A DNA stretch of 64,000 nucleotides from Escherichia coli (lineage in GTDB: Bacteria; Pseudomonadota; Gammaproteobacteria; Enterobacterales; Enterobacteriaceae). How positions within the stretch are numbered: position 1 is the stretch's first letter; every line of letters begins with the position of its first letter. Shown one piece after another: positions 10,518 through 21,246 of this stretch. Position numbers and translations under genes: made by a program. A model generated the notes under the pieces. That model was not told where the DNA came from, did no database searches, and saw only the letters and a list, made by a program, of their open reading frames with translations. The stretch lies in assembly GCF_003790525.1 (NCBI RefSeq), contig NZ_CP033635.1. One strand, 5' to 3'.

Positions 10518-11855
10518 ATGAACACTTCACCGGTGCGAATGGATGATTTACCACTTAACCGTTTTCACTGCCGCATTGCTGCGCTCACTTTCGGTGCGCA
10601 CCTGACCGACGGTTATGTCCTCGGCGTCATTGGTTACGCCATTATTCAGCTTACGCCCGCCATGCAACTGACGCCGTTTATGGCGGGAATGATTGGCGGC
10701 TCAGCACTCCTTGGTTTGTTTCTTGGCAGCCTGGTTCTTGGATGGATCTCCGACCATATTGGTCGGCAAAAAATCTTCACCTTCAGCTTTTTGCTGATTA
10801 CGCTCGCTTCGTTCTTGCAATTTTTTGCCACCACGCCAGAGCATCTTATTGGGCTGCGCATTTTGATCGGCATTGGTCTGGGAGGCGATTACTCAGTCGG
10901 TCACACCTTGCTGGCTGAATTTTCCCCGCGCCGCCATCGCGGTATTTTACTGGGCGCATTCAGCGTGGTGTGGACCGTAGGCTATGTGTTGGCAAGTATT
11001 GCCGGACATCACTTTATTTCCGAAAACCCGGAGGCCTGGCGCTGGCTGCTGGCATCAGCGGCGTTACCAGCCTTGCTGATTACGCTGCTACGTTGGGGCA
11101 CGCCGGAATCGCCACGCTGGCTACTGCGCCAGGGACGTTTTGCTGAAGCTCACGCTATTGTGCATCGCTATTTGGGGCCACATGTTTTACTGGGCGATGA
11201 AGTGGCAGCGGCGACCCATAAACACATCAAAACCTTGTTTTCTTCGCGCTACTGGCGACGCACGGCGTTTAACAGCGTCTTCTTTGTCTGCCTCGTAATC
11301 CCATGGTTTGTGATTTATACCTGGCTGCCGACCATCGCCCAGACTATTGGTCTGGAGGATGCGCTGACCGCCAGCCTGATGCTTAATGCGTTGTTAATTG
11401 TGGGCGCGCTGCTGGGATTAGTTCTGACGCACCTGCTGGCACATCGCAAGTTTTTGCTGGGAAGTTTTTTGCTGCTGGCGGCAACGCTGGTAGTGATGGC
11501 CTGTTTGCCTTCCGGCAGTTCATTAACGCTGCTGCTTTTTGTTCTCTTCAGCACCACCATTTCGGCAGTCAGTAATCTGGTGGGCATTTTGCCTGCGGAA
11601 AGTTTTCCTACTGACATTCGCTCGCTGGGCGTCGGTTTTGCCACCGCCATGAGTCGGTTGGGGGCGGCGGTAAGTACTGGCCTGCTGCCGTGGGTGCTGG
11701 CGCAGTGGGGAATGCAAGCCACCTTATTGCTCCTGGCGGCAGTGTTGTTGGTTGGTTTTGTTGTGACCTGGCTATGGGCACCAGAAACCAAAGCACTCCC
11801 GCTGGTGGCGGCGGGAAATGTAGGAGGTGCGAATGAACATTCTGTTAGCGTTTAA
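10518..11855 (+). CDS. ygcS: MFS sugar/metabolite transporter
   Basis: Start taken at ATG 10518 (MNTSPVRMDD...), 445 aa; the ORF-track start at 10428 is an upstream in-frame extension. Confidence 0.8.
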   Translation: MNTSPVRMDDLPLNRFHCRIAALTFGAHLTDGYVLGVIGYAIIQLTPAMQLTPFMAGMIGGSALLGLFLGSLVLGWISDHIGRQKIFTFSFLLITLASFLQFFATTPEHLIGLRILIGIGLGGDYSVGHTLLAEFSPRRHRGILLGAFSVVWTVGYVLASIAGHHFISENPEAWRWLLASAALPALLITLLRWGTPESPRWLLRQGRFAEAHAIVHRYLGPHVLLGDEVAAATHKHIKTLFSSRYWRRTAFNSVFFVCLVIPWFVIYTWLPTIAQTIGLEDALTASLMLNALLIVGALLGLVLTHLLAHRKFLLGSFLLLAATLVVMACLPSGSSLTLLLFVLFSTTISAVSNLVGILPAESFPTDIRSLGVGFATAMSRLGAAVSTGLLPWVLAQWGMQATLLLLAAVLLVGFVVTWLWAPETKALPLVAAGNVGGANEHSVSV

Positions 11856-12612
11856 AGCCGAACCGGATGCCGGAATGCTGGCGGAAAAAGAGTGGCAGGC
11901 GGCGGCTCAGGGTAATATTGGACCAGATGTTTCGCTACTGCGAAGTTTACTCGGTGCTGATGAACAGGCTGCCGCCGCGCTGCTGTTGGCGCAGAGAAAA
12001 AATGGTACTCCGATGTCTTTAACCGCGTTGAGCATGGGGGATGAACGGGCGTTGCACTGGCTGCGCTATCTCATGGCTCTTGGGTTTGAGGAAGCTGTAT
12101 TGCTGGAGACGGCGGCAGATCTGCGCTTTGCGCCGGAATTTGTCGCTCGCCATATTGCCGAGTGGCAGCATCAGAATCCGCTGGATCTGATCATTACCGG
12201 CTGCCAAAGCAGCGAAGGACAGAATGGGCAAACGCCATTTTTGCTGGCGGAAATGCTGGGCTGGCCCTGTTTCACCCAGGTGGAGCGTTTCACACTCGAC
12301 GCGCCGTTTATCACCCTCGAACAGCGTACTGAAAATGGGGTGCGCTGTTGCCGGGTTCGCTTGCCTGCGGTGATTGCCGTGCGTCAGTGCGGTGAAGTGG
12401 CCTTGCCAGTACCGGGAATGCGCCAGCGAATGGCTGCGGGGAAAGCAGAAATTATCCGTAAAACTGTTGCTGTCGAATTGCCAGCGATGCAGTGTCTGCA
12501 ACTGGCAAGAGCAGAGCAACGACGCGGAGCGACGCTGATTGATGGGCAAACGGTAGCAGAAAAAGCGCAAAAGCTATGGCAGGACTATTTACGCCAAAGG
12601 ATGCAGCCATGA
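11833..12612 (+). CDS. ygcR: electron transfer flavoprotein beta-like subunit (FixA-like)
   Basis: ATG 11833 (MNILLAFK...) preceded by AGGAGG at 11822-11827. Confidence 0.8.
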   Translation: MNILLAFKAEPDAGMLAEKEWQAAAQGNIGPDVSLLRSLLGADEQAAAALLLAQRKNGTPMSLTALSMGDERALHWLRYLMALGFEEAVLLETAADLRFAPEFVARHIAEWQHQNPLDLIITGCQSSEGQNGQTPFLLAEMLGWPCFTQVERFTLDAPFITLEQRTENGVRCCRVRLPAVIAVRQCGEVALPVPGMRQRMAAGKAEIIRKTVAVELPAMQCLQLARAEQRRGATLIDGQTVAEKAQKLWQDYLRQRMQP

Positions 12613-13469
12613 ATATCGCCATTGTGACAATAAATCAGGAGAATGCCGCAATAGCGAGCTGGCTGGCAGAACAGGATTTCAGCGGTTGTACCCTGGCGCA
12701 CTGGCAGATTGAACCTCAGCCCGTAGTGGCGGAACAGGTGCTGGATGCGTTGGTGGAACAGTGGCAGCGAACGCCTGCGGACGTTGTTCTCTTTCCGCCG
12801 GGAACGTTTGGCGATGAACTGTCGACCCGGCTGGCCTGGCGTTTACATGGTGCAAGCATCTGCCAGGTGACTTCGTTAGATATTCCAACCGTAAGCGTGC
12901 GCAAATCCCACTGGGGAAATGCGTTGACGGCGACGCTGCAAACAGACAAACGCCCGCTATGCCTTTCGCTGGCACGTCAGGCGGGAGCAGATAAAAACGC
13001 CACGTTGTCCTCTGGGATGCAGCAACTGAACATTGTCCCCGGCGCGCTTCCCGACTGGCTGGTTAGCCTAGAAAACCTGAAAAATGTTACCCGCGACCCA
13101 TTAGCTGAAGCCAGACGGGTGCTGGTGGTGGGGCAGGGCGGAGAGGCAGATAACCAGGAAATCGCTATGCTGGCAGAAAAGCTGGGAGCCGAAGTGGGCT
13201 ACAGTCGGGCACGAGTGATGAACGGTGGCGTTGATGCCGAAAAAGTCATTGGTATTTCCGGACATCTGCTGGCACCTGAGGTGTGTATTGTTGTTGGTGC
13301 TTCCGGCGCAGCAGCGTTAATGGCGGGCGTACGCAATAGCAAGTTTGTGGTGGCGATTAATCATGACGCCAGCGCAGCGGTATTTTCACAGGCAGATGTT
13401 GGCGTGGTTGATGACTGGAAAGTGGTGCTGGAGGCACTGGTGACAAACATTCACGCAGATTGCCAATAA
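12609..13469 (+). CDS. ygcQ: electron transfer flavoprotein alpha-like subunit (FixB-like)
   Basis: ATG 12609 (MNIAIVT...) overlapping the ygcR stop (ATGA). Confidence 0.8.
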   Translation: MNIAIVTINQENAAIASWLAEQDFSGCTLAHWQIEPQPVVAEQVLDALVEQWQRTPADVVLFPPGTFGDELSTRLAWRLHGASICQVTSLDIPTVSVRKSHWGNALTATLQTDKRPLCLSLARQAGADKNATLSSGMQQLNIVPGALPDWLVSLENLKNVTRDPLAEARRVLVVGQGGEADNQEIAMLAEKLGAEVGYSRARVMNGGVDAEKVIGISGHLLAPEVCIVVGASGAAALMAGVRNSKFVVAINHDASAAVFSQADVGVVDDWKVVLEALVTNIHADCQ

Positions 13470-13475
13470 CGTGTT

Positions 13476-13585
13476 GCCGGATGATCCTGCCTACGGTTCT
13501 GGCCTGGGGACTTGTAGGCCTGATAAGACGCGTCAAGCGTCGCATCAGGCGCTGAATGTCGGATGTGGCGTGCAGCCTACAAATC
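13476..13585. repeat. REP/BIME palindromic units in the convergent ygcQ/ygcP gap
   Basis: GCCTGATAAGACGCGTCAAGCGTCGCATCAGGC and flanking GCCGGATG.../...GCAGCCTACA REP-like units. Confidence 0.6.
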
Positions 13586-13615
13586 ACACAAATTCAATTC
13601 GTTACGATTATCCCG

Positions 13616-14191
13616 TTAAAGCAATTTTTTCGCCAACGTCCAGACCCCGGTATTCGTGGTGGAAAGCGCCACGACACCCGCGTTAATCGCATTACGCGCA
13701 TCTTCTTCATCGCACACCAGCCCGCCGGCAATCAGCGGTTGGCGGATTTTCTCCGTCACCCAGCCCAGCACTTTGGGCATACAGCCAGGCAGGATCTCAA
13801 TACAATCCGGATTCGATTGCGCAACTTGCTTATCAATGTTGTGAAACGAAATCGAATCAACAATAAACAGTCGATGAATACAGAAAAAACCTTCCGCTCT
13901 TGCTGCTTTCAGCATTGAGGCTTTGGTACTGATAATTCCGTCCGCCTCGGTCACCAGTTTCAAAAACTGAATCACCACTTCTTTATTTGACGCGCCTTCC
14001 AGCAAATCAACATGAATAAAAGCATATTTCCCGGCGTTCTTAATCTTTTTAACGATATTACTAATGGTGCAGATATTGCCGTACAACACGGAAATAAACT
14101 GGCATTCAGAGTCGATTGCCAGTTGCAGGCTGGCATTATCTTTAACGGCAGCAATCACCGGATTCTGGCGGAGCAGGTGTAAGAGGGGCAT
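13616..14191 (-). CDS. ygcP: GlpP-family (glycerol-3-phosphate-responsive type) transcription antiterminator
   Basis: 191 aa ORF; sequence and size match the GlpP/YgcP family. Confidence 0.8.
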   Translation of the reverse strand: MPLLHLLRQNPVIAAVKDNASLQLAIDSECQFISVLYGNICTISNIVKKIKNAGKYAFIHVDLLEGASNKEVVIQFLKLVTEADGIISTKASMLKAARAEGFFCIHRLFIVDSISFHNIDKQVAQSNPDCIEILPGCMPKVLGWVTEKIRQPLIAGGLVCDEEDARNAINAGVVALSTTNTGVWTLAKKLL

Positions 14192-14207
14192 AAATTATCC
14201 TTATTAT

Positions 14208-14468
14208 TTATCCAAAACGGTAGGTGATGCCGAATCCGGAAGGTGGATAGCGCCACTGTTGTAGTGTTTTTTCGTCGCACAGCAAACGGCAGGTGCCACA
14301 CTCCAGGCAACTGCGATAGTCAATACGTAAGTCACCTTCTGGTGTGAGCGAAAAAAGACCAGCCGGACAAGCGTTAATCAACCATTGTACCGTCTGACGC
14401 TCAACGGAGTCAGCCGGAACAATGTGCGGCGCATCGGCAACGCGCCAGAGATTACGGGCTACAGACAT
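14208..14468 (-). CDS. ygcO: ferredoxin-like protein (FixX-like)
   Basis: Start taken at MSVARNLW (86 aa); cysteine cluster CLECGTCRLLC; overlaps the ygcN stop. Confidence 0.7.
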   Translation of the reverse strand: MSVARNLWRVADAPHIVPADSVERQTVQWLINACPAGLFSLTPEGDLRIDYRSCLECGTCRLLCDEKTLQQWRYPPSGFGITYRFG

Positions 14469-15730
14469 CGCAGACTCCTGATAACATCGCCCGCCAGATG
14501 CCACAGGCCGTGACGACGTAAATGACGCCAGAATAACTGGTGCAGCGGTGGAACAGGTTTATCACCCTGATCCCATAAATCGCGGGAAATATCCTGCATT
14601 AACGCAGGCCACGCCCGATACCAGCCAGGGCGTTGCAAAAGCGCCGGAACATGCTGATAACGTTGTAGAACATCCCACAGCAGGCTGCGCTCTACGTTGT
14701 GATGATAAAGCGCAAACAGATTTTGCGGCTCGCGGTGCTGGCAGGCGCTTATCAGCGTTTGTGCCGCCGCCTGCGCGCCAGTTAGCGCCATATCCATGCC
14801 GCGCACGGAAATTCCGGTATTGACGCAACTGCGCAACGTATCGCCCACCAGCAGCCAGCCGTTACCGGCGTATTGCACCTGCATACTGTGCAAGCCACCT
14901 TCTGGCACCAGATGCGCACCATACTCCAGTGATTCCGTGTTTTTGATAAGCGGGCGCACTGCCGGATGCGTTTTAAAGCGAGCCAGCAGCTCGCTTGCCG
15001 GAACACGACTTTGCGTAAGTGAAGAGAGCGGGCAAACAATCCCTAACGAGAGCGTTTGTTGATTAGTATAAAGAAATGCGCCGCCGGGTAAGTCATCACA
15101 GATCCCGCCGCTGAACAGCAACGCTGCGCCTTCGTTATTCTCCAGATGAAAACGTTCTTCAATAGCGGATGTTTCCAGCGACAGCACTTCTTTGATCCCC
15201 AACGCCATCGCTTCGCCAGCAGGACGAGTCACTAACCCGTGACGTTCAGCCAGGACGCTGTTGGCACCTTCTGCCAGCACCACATAACGGGCGCGGAGAA
15301 TATCGTCACCACAAATGACACCACACACCCTGCCGTTTTCTTCATACAGCGCATCCACCGTCGCACCGGGGATGCATTCGACACCTTCTTTTTCGGCTTC
15401 GGCAACCAGCCACGGATCGAACCGTGCACGTAATACACTCCAGGATTCACCGCCGGGCTGTAAGCTGGAAAACGTCGTTGCGCCATCCGGCGTTAACAGG
15501 GAAAGGCTTTCGTGAGTGATGCGTCGTTCAAGAGGCGCGGTCAGATGAAATTGTGGGAGGAGTTCCGCGAGCGCCTGGGTATATAAACGCCCGCCGGAAA
15601 GATTTTTGCTGCCGGGGATTTCAGCGCGTTCCAGTAACAAAACGGATAAACCCGCTCGCGCGCAGCGTAACGCGCAAGCGGTGCCTGCAATACCGGCACC
15701 AATAATAATAATGTCGCAGTCGTCTTCCAT
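14459..15730 (-). CDS. ygcN: FAD-dependent oxidoreductase (FixC / ETF-quinone oxidoreductase-like)
   Basis: Start taken at MEDDCDIIIIGAGIAG (423 aa); GxGxxG FAD motif. Confidence 0.8.
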   Translation of the reverse strand: MEDDCDIIIIGAGIAGTACALRCARAGLSVLLLERAEIPGSKNLSGGRLYTQALAELLPQFHLTAPLERRITHESLSLLTPDGATTFSSLQPGGESWSVLRARFDPWLVAEAEKEGVECIPGATVDALYEENGRVCGVICGDDILRARYVVLAEGANSVLAERHGLVTRPAGEAMALGIKEVLSLETSAIEERFHLENNEGAALLFSGGICDDLPGGAFLYTNQQTLSLGIVCPLSSLTQSRVPASELLARFKTHPAVRPLIKNTESLEYGAHLVPEGGLHSMQVQYAGNGWLLVGDTLRSCVNTGISVRGMDMALTGAQAAAQTLISACQHREPQNLFALYHHNVERSLLWDVLQRYQHVPALLQRPGWYRAWPALMQDISRDLWDQGDKPVPPLHQLFWRHLRRHGLWHLAGDVIRSLRCL

Positions 15731-15807
15731 GTCATGCCCCAGATATCCAGAACACAACACCCTAACATAGCGTTACTTAAGGGAAATTGACCGCCGACAC
15801 ACTCTTA

Positions 15808-16173
15808 TCATTCGCCGCGATAGATACAACCTGCGGTGCAGGTTTCTTTTACCATCACCGCACTTAACAGCGGCACAACGGGTTTAACCTGATCCCAAAT
15901 CCATTTTGCTAAAACTTCGCTGGTTGGGTTTTCCAGACCTGGAATATCATTGAGATAATGGTGATCGAGGCGCTCGTAGGTTGGCTTAAACGCCGCTTTC
16001 AGTTCAGCGAAATCGATAATCCAGCCCGTATGCGGATCGACTTCCCCGGTAATTTCCAGTCGCACCATAAAGGAATGCCCGTGCAGGCGACCACATTTAT
16101 GTCCTTCCGGGACGTGTGGTAAGCGGTGAGCGGCTTCGAAGGTGAAATCTTTAAATAACGTGGTGGACATCAT
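15808..16173 (-). CDS. queD: 6-carboxy-5,6,7,8-tetrahydropterin synthase
   Basis: Start taken at [19 protein letters not shown] (121 aa); conserved CGRLHGHS motif. Confidence 0.85.
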   Translation of the reverse strand: MMSTTLFKDFTFEAAHRLPHVPEGHKCGRLHGHSFMVRLEITGEVDPHTGWIIDFAELKAAFKPTYERLDHHYLNDIPGLENPTSEVLAKWIWDQVKPVVPLLSAVMVKETCTAGCIYRGE

Positions 16174-16488
16174 AATTTCTCTACAGGACGATAAAACCGC
16201 CGTAGAGTACCGGAAAGGCTGTTTTTTCGCATTATCTAAAACGACTTTGTTGCGCAAAATCGCTGATTTATCTTAATGATTGGCTAAATTCATTTGTTTT
16301 TCATTGGGTTGAGTAATCTATTTTGTTGTTAAAGACTATTGCTAAAACAGGTTAGTCGATTTGGTTATTAGTTATCGCTATCCCGTCTTTAATCCACACC
16401 GTTCACCCCGTTAACCTTACCTTCTCTTCTGTTTTATGGGCGCTGACAGGGCGCAGAAACAGCTTTGCTTACTGGAACATAACGACGC

Positions 16489-18288
16489 ATGACGACACAG
16501 GTCTCACCTTCCGCGTTGCTTCCGTTGAACCCGGAGCAACTGGCACGCCTTCAGGCGGCCACGACCGATTTAACTCCCACCCAGCTTGCCTGGGTTTCTG
16601 GCTATTTCTGGGGCGTGCTCAACCAGCAGCCTGCTGCGCTTGCAGCGACGCCAGCGCCCGCCGCAGAAATGCCGGGTATAACTATTATCTCCGCCTCGCA
16701 AACCGGCAATGCGCGCCGGGTTGCTGAAGCGTTACGCGATGACTTATTAGCGGCAAAACTAAACGTTAAGCTGGTGAACGCGGGCGACTATAAATTCAAA
16801 CAAATCGCCAGCGAAAAACTGCTTATCGTGGTGACGTCAACGCAAGGGGAAGGGGAACCGCCGGAAGAAGCCGTCGCGCTGCATAAGTTCCTGTTCTCCA
16901 AAAAAGCGCCGAAGCTGGAAAACACCGCATTTGCCGTGTTTAGCCTCGGCGATAGCTCTTATGAATTTTTCTGCCAGTCCGGGAAAGATTTTGACAGCAA
17001 GCTGGCGGAACTGGGCGGTGAACGCCTGCTCGACCGTGTCGATGCCGATGTTGAATATCAGGCCGCTGCCAGCGAGTGGCGCGCCCGCGTGGTTGATGCG
17101 CTTAAATCGCGTGCGCCTGTCGCGGCACCTTCGCAATCCGTCGCTACTGGCACGGTAAATGAAATCCACACCAGCCCGTATAGCAAAGACGCGCCGCTGG
17201 TGGCGAGCCTCTCTGTTAACCAGAAAATTACCGGGCGTAACTCTGAAAAAGACGTTCGCCATATCGAAATTGACTTAGGTGACTCGGGCCTGCGTTACCA
17301 GCCGGGTGACGCGCTGGGCGTCTGGTATCAGAACGATCCGGCACTGGTGAAAGAACTTGTCGAACTGCTGTGGCTGAAAGGCGATGAACCTGTCACCGTT
17401 GAGGGCAAAACCCTGCCGCTGAATGAGGCGCTACAGTGGCATTTTGAACTGACCGTCAACACCGCCAACATTGTTGAGAACTATGCCACGCTTACCCGCA
17501 GCGAAACGCTGCTGCCGCTGGTGGGCGATAAAGCGAAGTTGCAGCATTACGCCGCGACGACGCCGATTGTTGACATGGTGCGTTTCTCTCCGGCGCAACT
17601 GGATGCCGAAGCGCTGATTAATCTGCTGCGCCCGCTGACGCCGCGCCTGTATTCCATCGCCTCTTCGCAGGCGGAAGTCGAGAACGAAGTACACGTCACC
17701 GTTGGTGTGGTGCGTTACGACGTGGAAGGCCGCGCCCGTGCCGGTGGTGCCTCCAGCTTCCTCGCGGATCGTGTGGAAGAAGAGGGTGAAGTCCGCGTCT
17801 TTATCGAACATAACGATAACTTCCGCCTGCCAGCCAATCCGGAAACGCCGGTGATTATGATTGGCCCAGGCACCGGCATTGCGCCGTTCCGCGCCTTTAT
17901 GCAGCAACGCGCCGCCGACGAAGCGCCGGGGAAAAACTGGCTGTTCTTTGGCAACCCGCACTTTACGGAAGATTTCCTCTACCAGGTGGAATGGCAGCGC
18001 TACGTCAAAGAGGGCGTGCTGACGCGTATCGATCTTGCCTGGTCGCGCGATCAAAAAGAAAAAATTTACGTACAAGACAAACTGCGCGAACAGGGCGCGG
18101 AGCTGTGGCGCTGGATCAATGACGGTGCCCACATTTATGTCTGCGGCGACGCTAATCGCATGGCGAAAGACGTTGAACAGGCACTTCTGGAAGTGATTGC
18201 CGAATTTGGTGGCATGGACACCGAAGCGGCGGATGAATTTTTAAGTGAGCTGCGCGTAGAGCGCCGTTATCAGCGAGATGTCTACTAA
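16489..18288 (+). CDS. cysJ: sulfite reductase [NADPH] flavoprotein alpha subunit
   Basis: 599 aa; flavodoxin plus FAD/NADPH domains. Confidence 0.95.
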   Translation: MTTQVSPSALLPLNPEQLARLQAATTDLTPTQLAWVSGYFWGVLNQQPAALAATPAPAAEMPGITIISASQTGNARRVAEALRDDLLAAKLNVKLVNAGDYKFKQIASEKLLIVVTSTQGEGEPPEEAVALHKFLFSKKAPKLENTAFAVFSLGDSSYEFFCQSGKDFDSKLAELGGERLLDRVDADVEYQAAASEWRARVVDALKSRAPVAAPSQSVATGTVNEIHTSPYSKDAPLVASLSVNQKITGRNSEKDVRHIEIDLGDSGLRYQPGDALGVWYQNDPALVKELVELLWLKGDEPVTVEGKTLPLNEALQWHFELTVNTANIVENYATLTRSETLLPLVGDKAKLQHYAATTPIVDMVRFSPAQLDAEALINLLRPLTPRLYSIASSQAEVENEVHVTVGVVRYDVEGRARAGGASSFLADRVEEEGEVRVFIEHNDNFRLPANPETPVIMIGPGTGIAPFRAFMQQRAADEAPGKNWLFFGNPHFTEDFLYQVEWQRYVKEGVLTRIDLAWSRDQKEKIYVQDKLREQGAELWRWINDGAHIYVCGDANRMAKDVEQALLEVIAEFGGMDTEAADEFLSELRVERRYQRDVY

Positions 18289-20000
18289 TGAGCGAAAAAC
18301 ATCCAGGGCCTTTAGTGGTCGAAGGAAAACTGACAGACGCCGAGCGCATGAAGCTTGAAAGCAACTACCTGCGCGGCACCATTGCGGAAGATTTAAACGA
18401 CGGTCTGACCGGCGGCTTTAAGGGCGACAACTTCCTGCTGATCCGCTTCCACGGCATGTATCAGCAGGATGACCGCGACATCCGCGCCGAACGTGCTGAA
18501 CAGAAGCTGGAGCCGCGCCACGCGATGCTGTTGCGCTGCCGTCTGCCGGGTGGCGTGATCACCACCAAACAGTGGCAGGCGATCGATAAATTTGCCGGTG
18601 AAAACACCATCTATGGCAGCATTCGCCTGACCAACCGCCAGACGTTTCAGTTCCACGGCATTCTGAAAAAGAACGTCAAACCGGTGCACCAGATGCTGCA
18701 CTCGGTCGGTCTTGATGCGCTGGCGACTGCTAACGACATGAACCGTAACGTACTCTGCACCTCGAACCCTTACGAGTCGCAGCTACACGCGGAAGCGTAT
18801 GAATGGGCGAAGAAAATCTCTGAACATCTGCTGCCGCGTACCCGCGCGTATGCGGAGATCTGGCTCGATCAGGAAAAAGTCGCCACCACCGATGAAGAAC
18901 CGATCCTCGGTCAGACTTATTTGCCGCGTAAATTCAAAACCACGGTAGTGATCCCGCCGCAGAACGATATCGATCTGCATGCCAACGACATGAACTTCGT
19001 GGCAATCGCCGAAAACGGCAAGCTGGTGGGCTTTAACCTGCTGGTGGGGGGTGGGCTTTCTATCGAACACGGCAACAAGAAAACCTACGCCCGCACGGCG
19101 AGTGAGTTTGGCTATCTGCCGCTGGAGCATACGCTAGCGGTGGCGGAAGCCGTCGTGACAACTCAGCGTGACTGGGGTAACCGAACCGATCGTAAAAATG
19201 CCAAAACCAAATACACGCTGGAGCGCGTGGGGGTCGAGACGTTTAAAGCAGAAGTGGAACGTCGCGCGGGGATCAAGTTCGAACCGATCCGTCCGTATGA
19301 ATTTACCGGGCGCGGCGATCGTATCGGCTGGGTTAAGGGCATTGATGATAACTGGCACCTGACGCTGTTTATCGAAAATGGTCGCATCCTTGATTATCCG
19401 GGGCGTCCGCTGAAAACCGGCTTGTTGGAGATCGCGAAGATCCACAAAGGTGATTTCCGCATTACGGCGAACCAGAATCTGATCATCGCCGGCGTGCCGG
19501 AAAGCGAGAAAGCGAAGATCGAGAAGATCGCCAAAGAAAGCGGGTTAATGAATGCCGTCACGCCGCAGCGTGAAAACTCAATGGCCTGCGTGTCATTCCC
19601 GACTTGCCCGCTGGCGATGGCGGAAGCGGAGCGTTTCCTGCCGTCTTTTATCGACAAAATCGATAATTTAATGGCGAAACATGGTGTCAGCGATGAGCAT
19701 ATCGTGATGCGTGTAACAGGCTGCCCGAACGGTTGTGGTCGCGCGATGCTGGCGGAAGTGGGTCTGGTGGGGAAAGCGCCGGGTCGCTACAACCTGCATC
19801 TTGGCGGCAACCGCATTGGGACACGTATCCCACGGATGTATAAAGAAAACATCACCGAACCGGAAATCCTGGCGTCGCTTGATGAACTGATAGGGCGCTG
19901 GGCGAAAGAGCGCGAAGCGGGTGAAGGCTTCGGCGACTTTACGGTGCGTGCGGGCATCATTCGCCCGGTGCTCGATCCGGCGCGCGATTTGTGGGATTAA
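18288..20000 (+). CDS. cysI: sulfite reductase [NADPH] hemoprotein beta subunit
   Basis: 570 aa; start overlaps the cysJ stop (TAATG). Confidence 0.95.
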   Translation: MSEKHPGPLVVEGKLTDAERMKLESNYLRGTIAEDLNDGLTGGFKGDNFLLIRFHGMYQQDDRDIRAERAEQKLEPRHAMLLRCRLPGGVITTKQWQAIDKFAGENTIYGSIRLTNRQTFQFHGILKKNVKPVHQMLHSVGLDALATANDMNRNVLCTSNPYESQLHAEAYEWAKKISEHLLPRTRAYAEIWLDQEKVATTDEEPILGQTYLPRKFKTTVVIPPQNDIDLHANDMNFVAIAENGKLVGFNLLVGGGLSIEHGNKKTYARTASEFGYLPLEHTLAVAEAVVTTQRDWGNRTDRKNAKTKYTLERVGVETFKAEVERRAGIKFEPIRPYEFTGRGDRIGWVKGIDDNWHLTLFIENGRILDYPGRPLKTGLLEIAKIHKGDFRITANQNLIIAGVPESEKAKIEKIAKESGLMNAVTPQRENSMACVSFPTCPLAMAEAERFLPSFIDKIDNLMAKHGVSDEHIVMRVTGCPNGCGRAMLAEVGLVGKAPGRYNLHLGGNRIGTRIPRMYKENITEPEILASLDELIGRWAKEREAGEGFGDFTVRAGIIRPVLDPARDLWD

Positions 20001-20019
20001 CCATCAGCCCGGTCTTGAA

Positions 20020-20051
20020 GGCCTGATAAGACGCGTGAGCGTCGCATCAGG
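20020..20051. repeat. REP element between cysI and cysH
   Basis: GCCTGATAAGACGCGTGAGCGTCGCATCAGGC palindromic unit. Confidence 0.6.
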
Positions 20052-20073
20052 CAAGGCAAACAGTGAGGAATCT

Positions 20074-20808
20074 ATGTCCAAACTCGATCTAAACGCCCTG
20101 AACGAACTGCCGAAGGTAGATCGCATTCTGGCGCTGGCGGAAACTAACGCCGAACTGGAAAAACTGGACGCTGAAGGCCGCGTTGCCTGGGCGCTGGATA
20201 ATCTGCCCGGTGAATATGTACTTTCTTCCAGCTTTGGCATTCAGGCGGCGGTGAGCCTGCATCTGGTGAATCAGATTCACCCGGATATTCCAGTGATCCT
20301 CACCGATACCGGTTATCTGTTCCCGGAAACCTACCGCTTTATTGACGAGTTAACGGACAAACTCAAACTCAACCTGAAAGTGTACCGTGCTACCGAAAGC
20401 GCTGCCTGGCAGGAAGCGCGCTACGGCAAACTGTGGGAACAGGGCGTTGAAGGTATTGAAAAGTACAACGATATCAACAAAGTCGAACCGATGAACCGGG
20501 CGCTAAAAGAACTGAACGCGCAAACCTGGTTTGCCGGCCTGCGCCGTGAACAATCCGGCAGTCGTGCCAATTTACCGGTGCTGGCAATTCAGCGTGGCGT
20601 ATTTAAAGTGCTGCCGATTATCGACTGGGATAACCGAACTATTTATCAGTACCTGCAAAAACATGGCCTGAAATATCACCCATTATGGGATGAAGGATAT
20701 TTATCGGTCGGTGATACCCATACAACCCGTAAATGGGAACCCGGCATGGCGGAAGAAGAAACGCGTTTCTTTGGCTTAAAAAGAGAATGTGGGTTACACG
20801 AAGGGTAA
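20074..20808 (+). CDS. cysH: phosphoadenosine phosphosulfate (PAPS) reductase
   Basis: Start taken at [14 protein letters not shown] (244 aa); the ORF-track start at 19921 is an upstream extension across the REP. Confidence 0.9.
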   Translation: MSKLDLNALNELPKVDRILALAETNAELEKLDAEGRVAWALDNLPGEYVLSSSFGIQAAVSLHLVNQIHPDIPVILTDTGYLFPETYRFIDELTDKLKLNLKVYRATESAAWQEARYGKLWEQGVEGIEKYNDINKVEPMNRALKELNAQTWFAGLRREQSGSRANLPVLAIQRGVFKVLPIIDWDNRTIYQYLQKHGLKYHPLWDEGYLSVGDTHTTRKWEPGMAEEETRFFGLKRECGLHEG

Positions 20809-21072
20809 ATATTGCCGGATAAATTAAACGCCTCTGTCAGAAATGATGGGGGCGTTTTTATTTTGCGAGCAGCATTCCTGATTTTAAACGTGAACGTCGT
20901 TGGAAGAATTAACAGGTATAGAATGGCGTTGGGTGCTTGAGGCTGTCTGGCGTTAAGCATTCGCGAGGTTCCAGATGGACAAAAGCCCCAGGCGATATTT
21001 CTATCAACCTGAGGCCAGCGTTCGAACCCAAACAATTCGAATGTTAGTCTCTTCTTTGCAGGGAGGCAAGAC

Positions 21073-21225
21073 ATGCTGACAAAATATGCCCTTGTGGCAA
21101 TCATAGTGCTGTGTTTTACAGTACTGGGATTCACGCTGATGGTAGGCGACTCGTTGTGTGAGTTGAGTATCAGAGAACGTGGTATGGAGTTTAAGGCGGT
21201 TCTCGCTTACGAATCGAAGAAGTAG
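21073..21225 (+). CDS. Hok/Gef-family type I toxin (50 aa)
   Basis: Below the ORF-track length cutoff; ATG at 21073 preceded by GGGAGG (21061-21066); [50 protein letters not shown] has the Hok family TM helix plus LCE...AYES signature. Confidence 0.7.
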   Translation: MLTKYALVAIIVLCFTVLGFTLMVGDSLCELSIRERGMEFKAVLAYESKK

Positions 21226-21246
21226 CCACCACGCGGGGGTAAAACC

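Noticed and set aside
17431-18132. 233-aa minus-strand ORF inside cysJ
   Set aside because: Antisense to cysJ with an arginine-rich, low-complexity translation; no start context.
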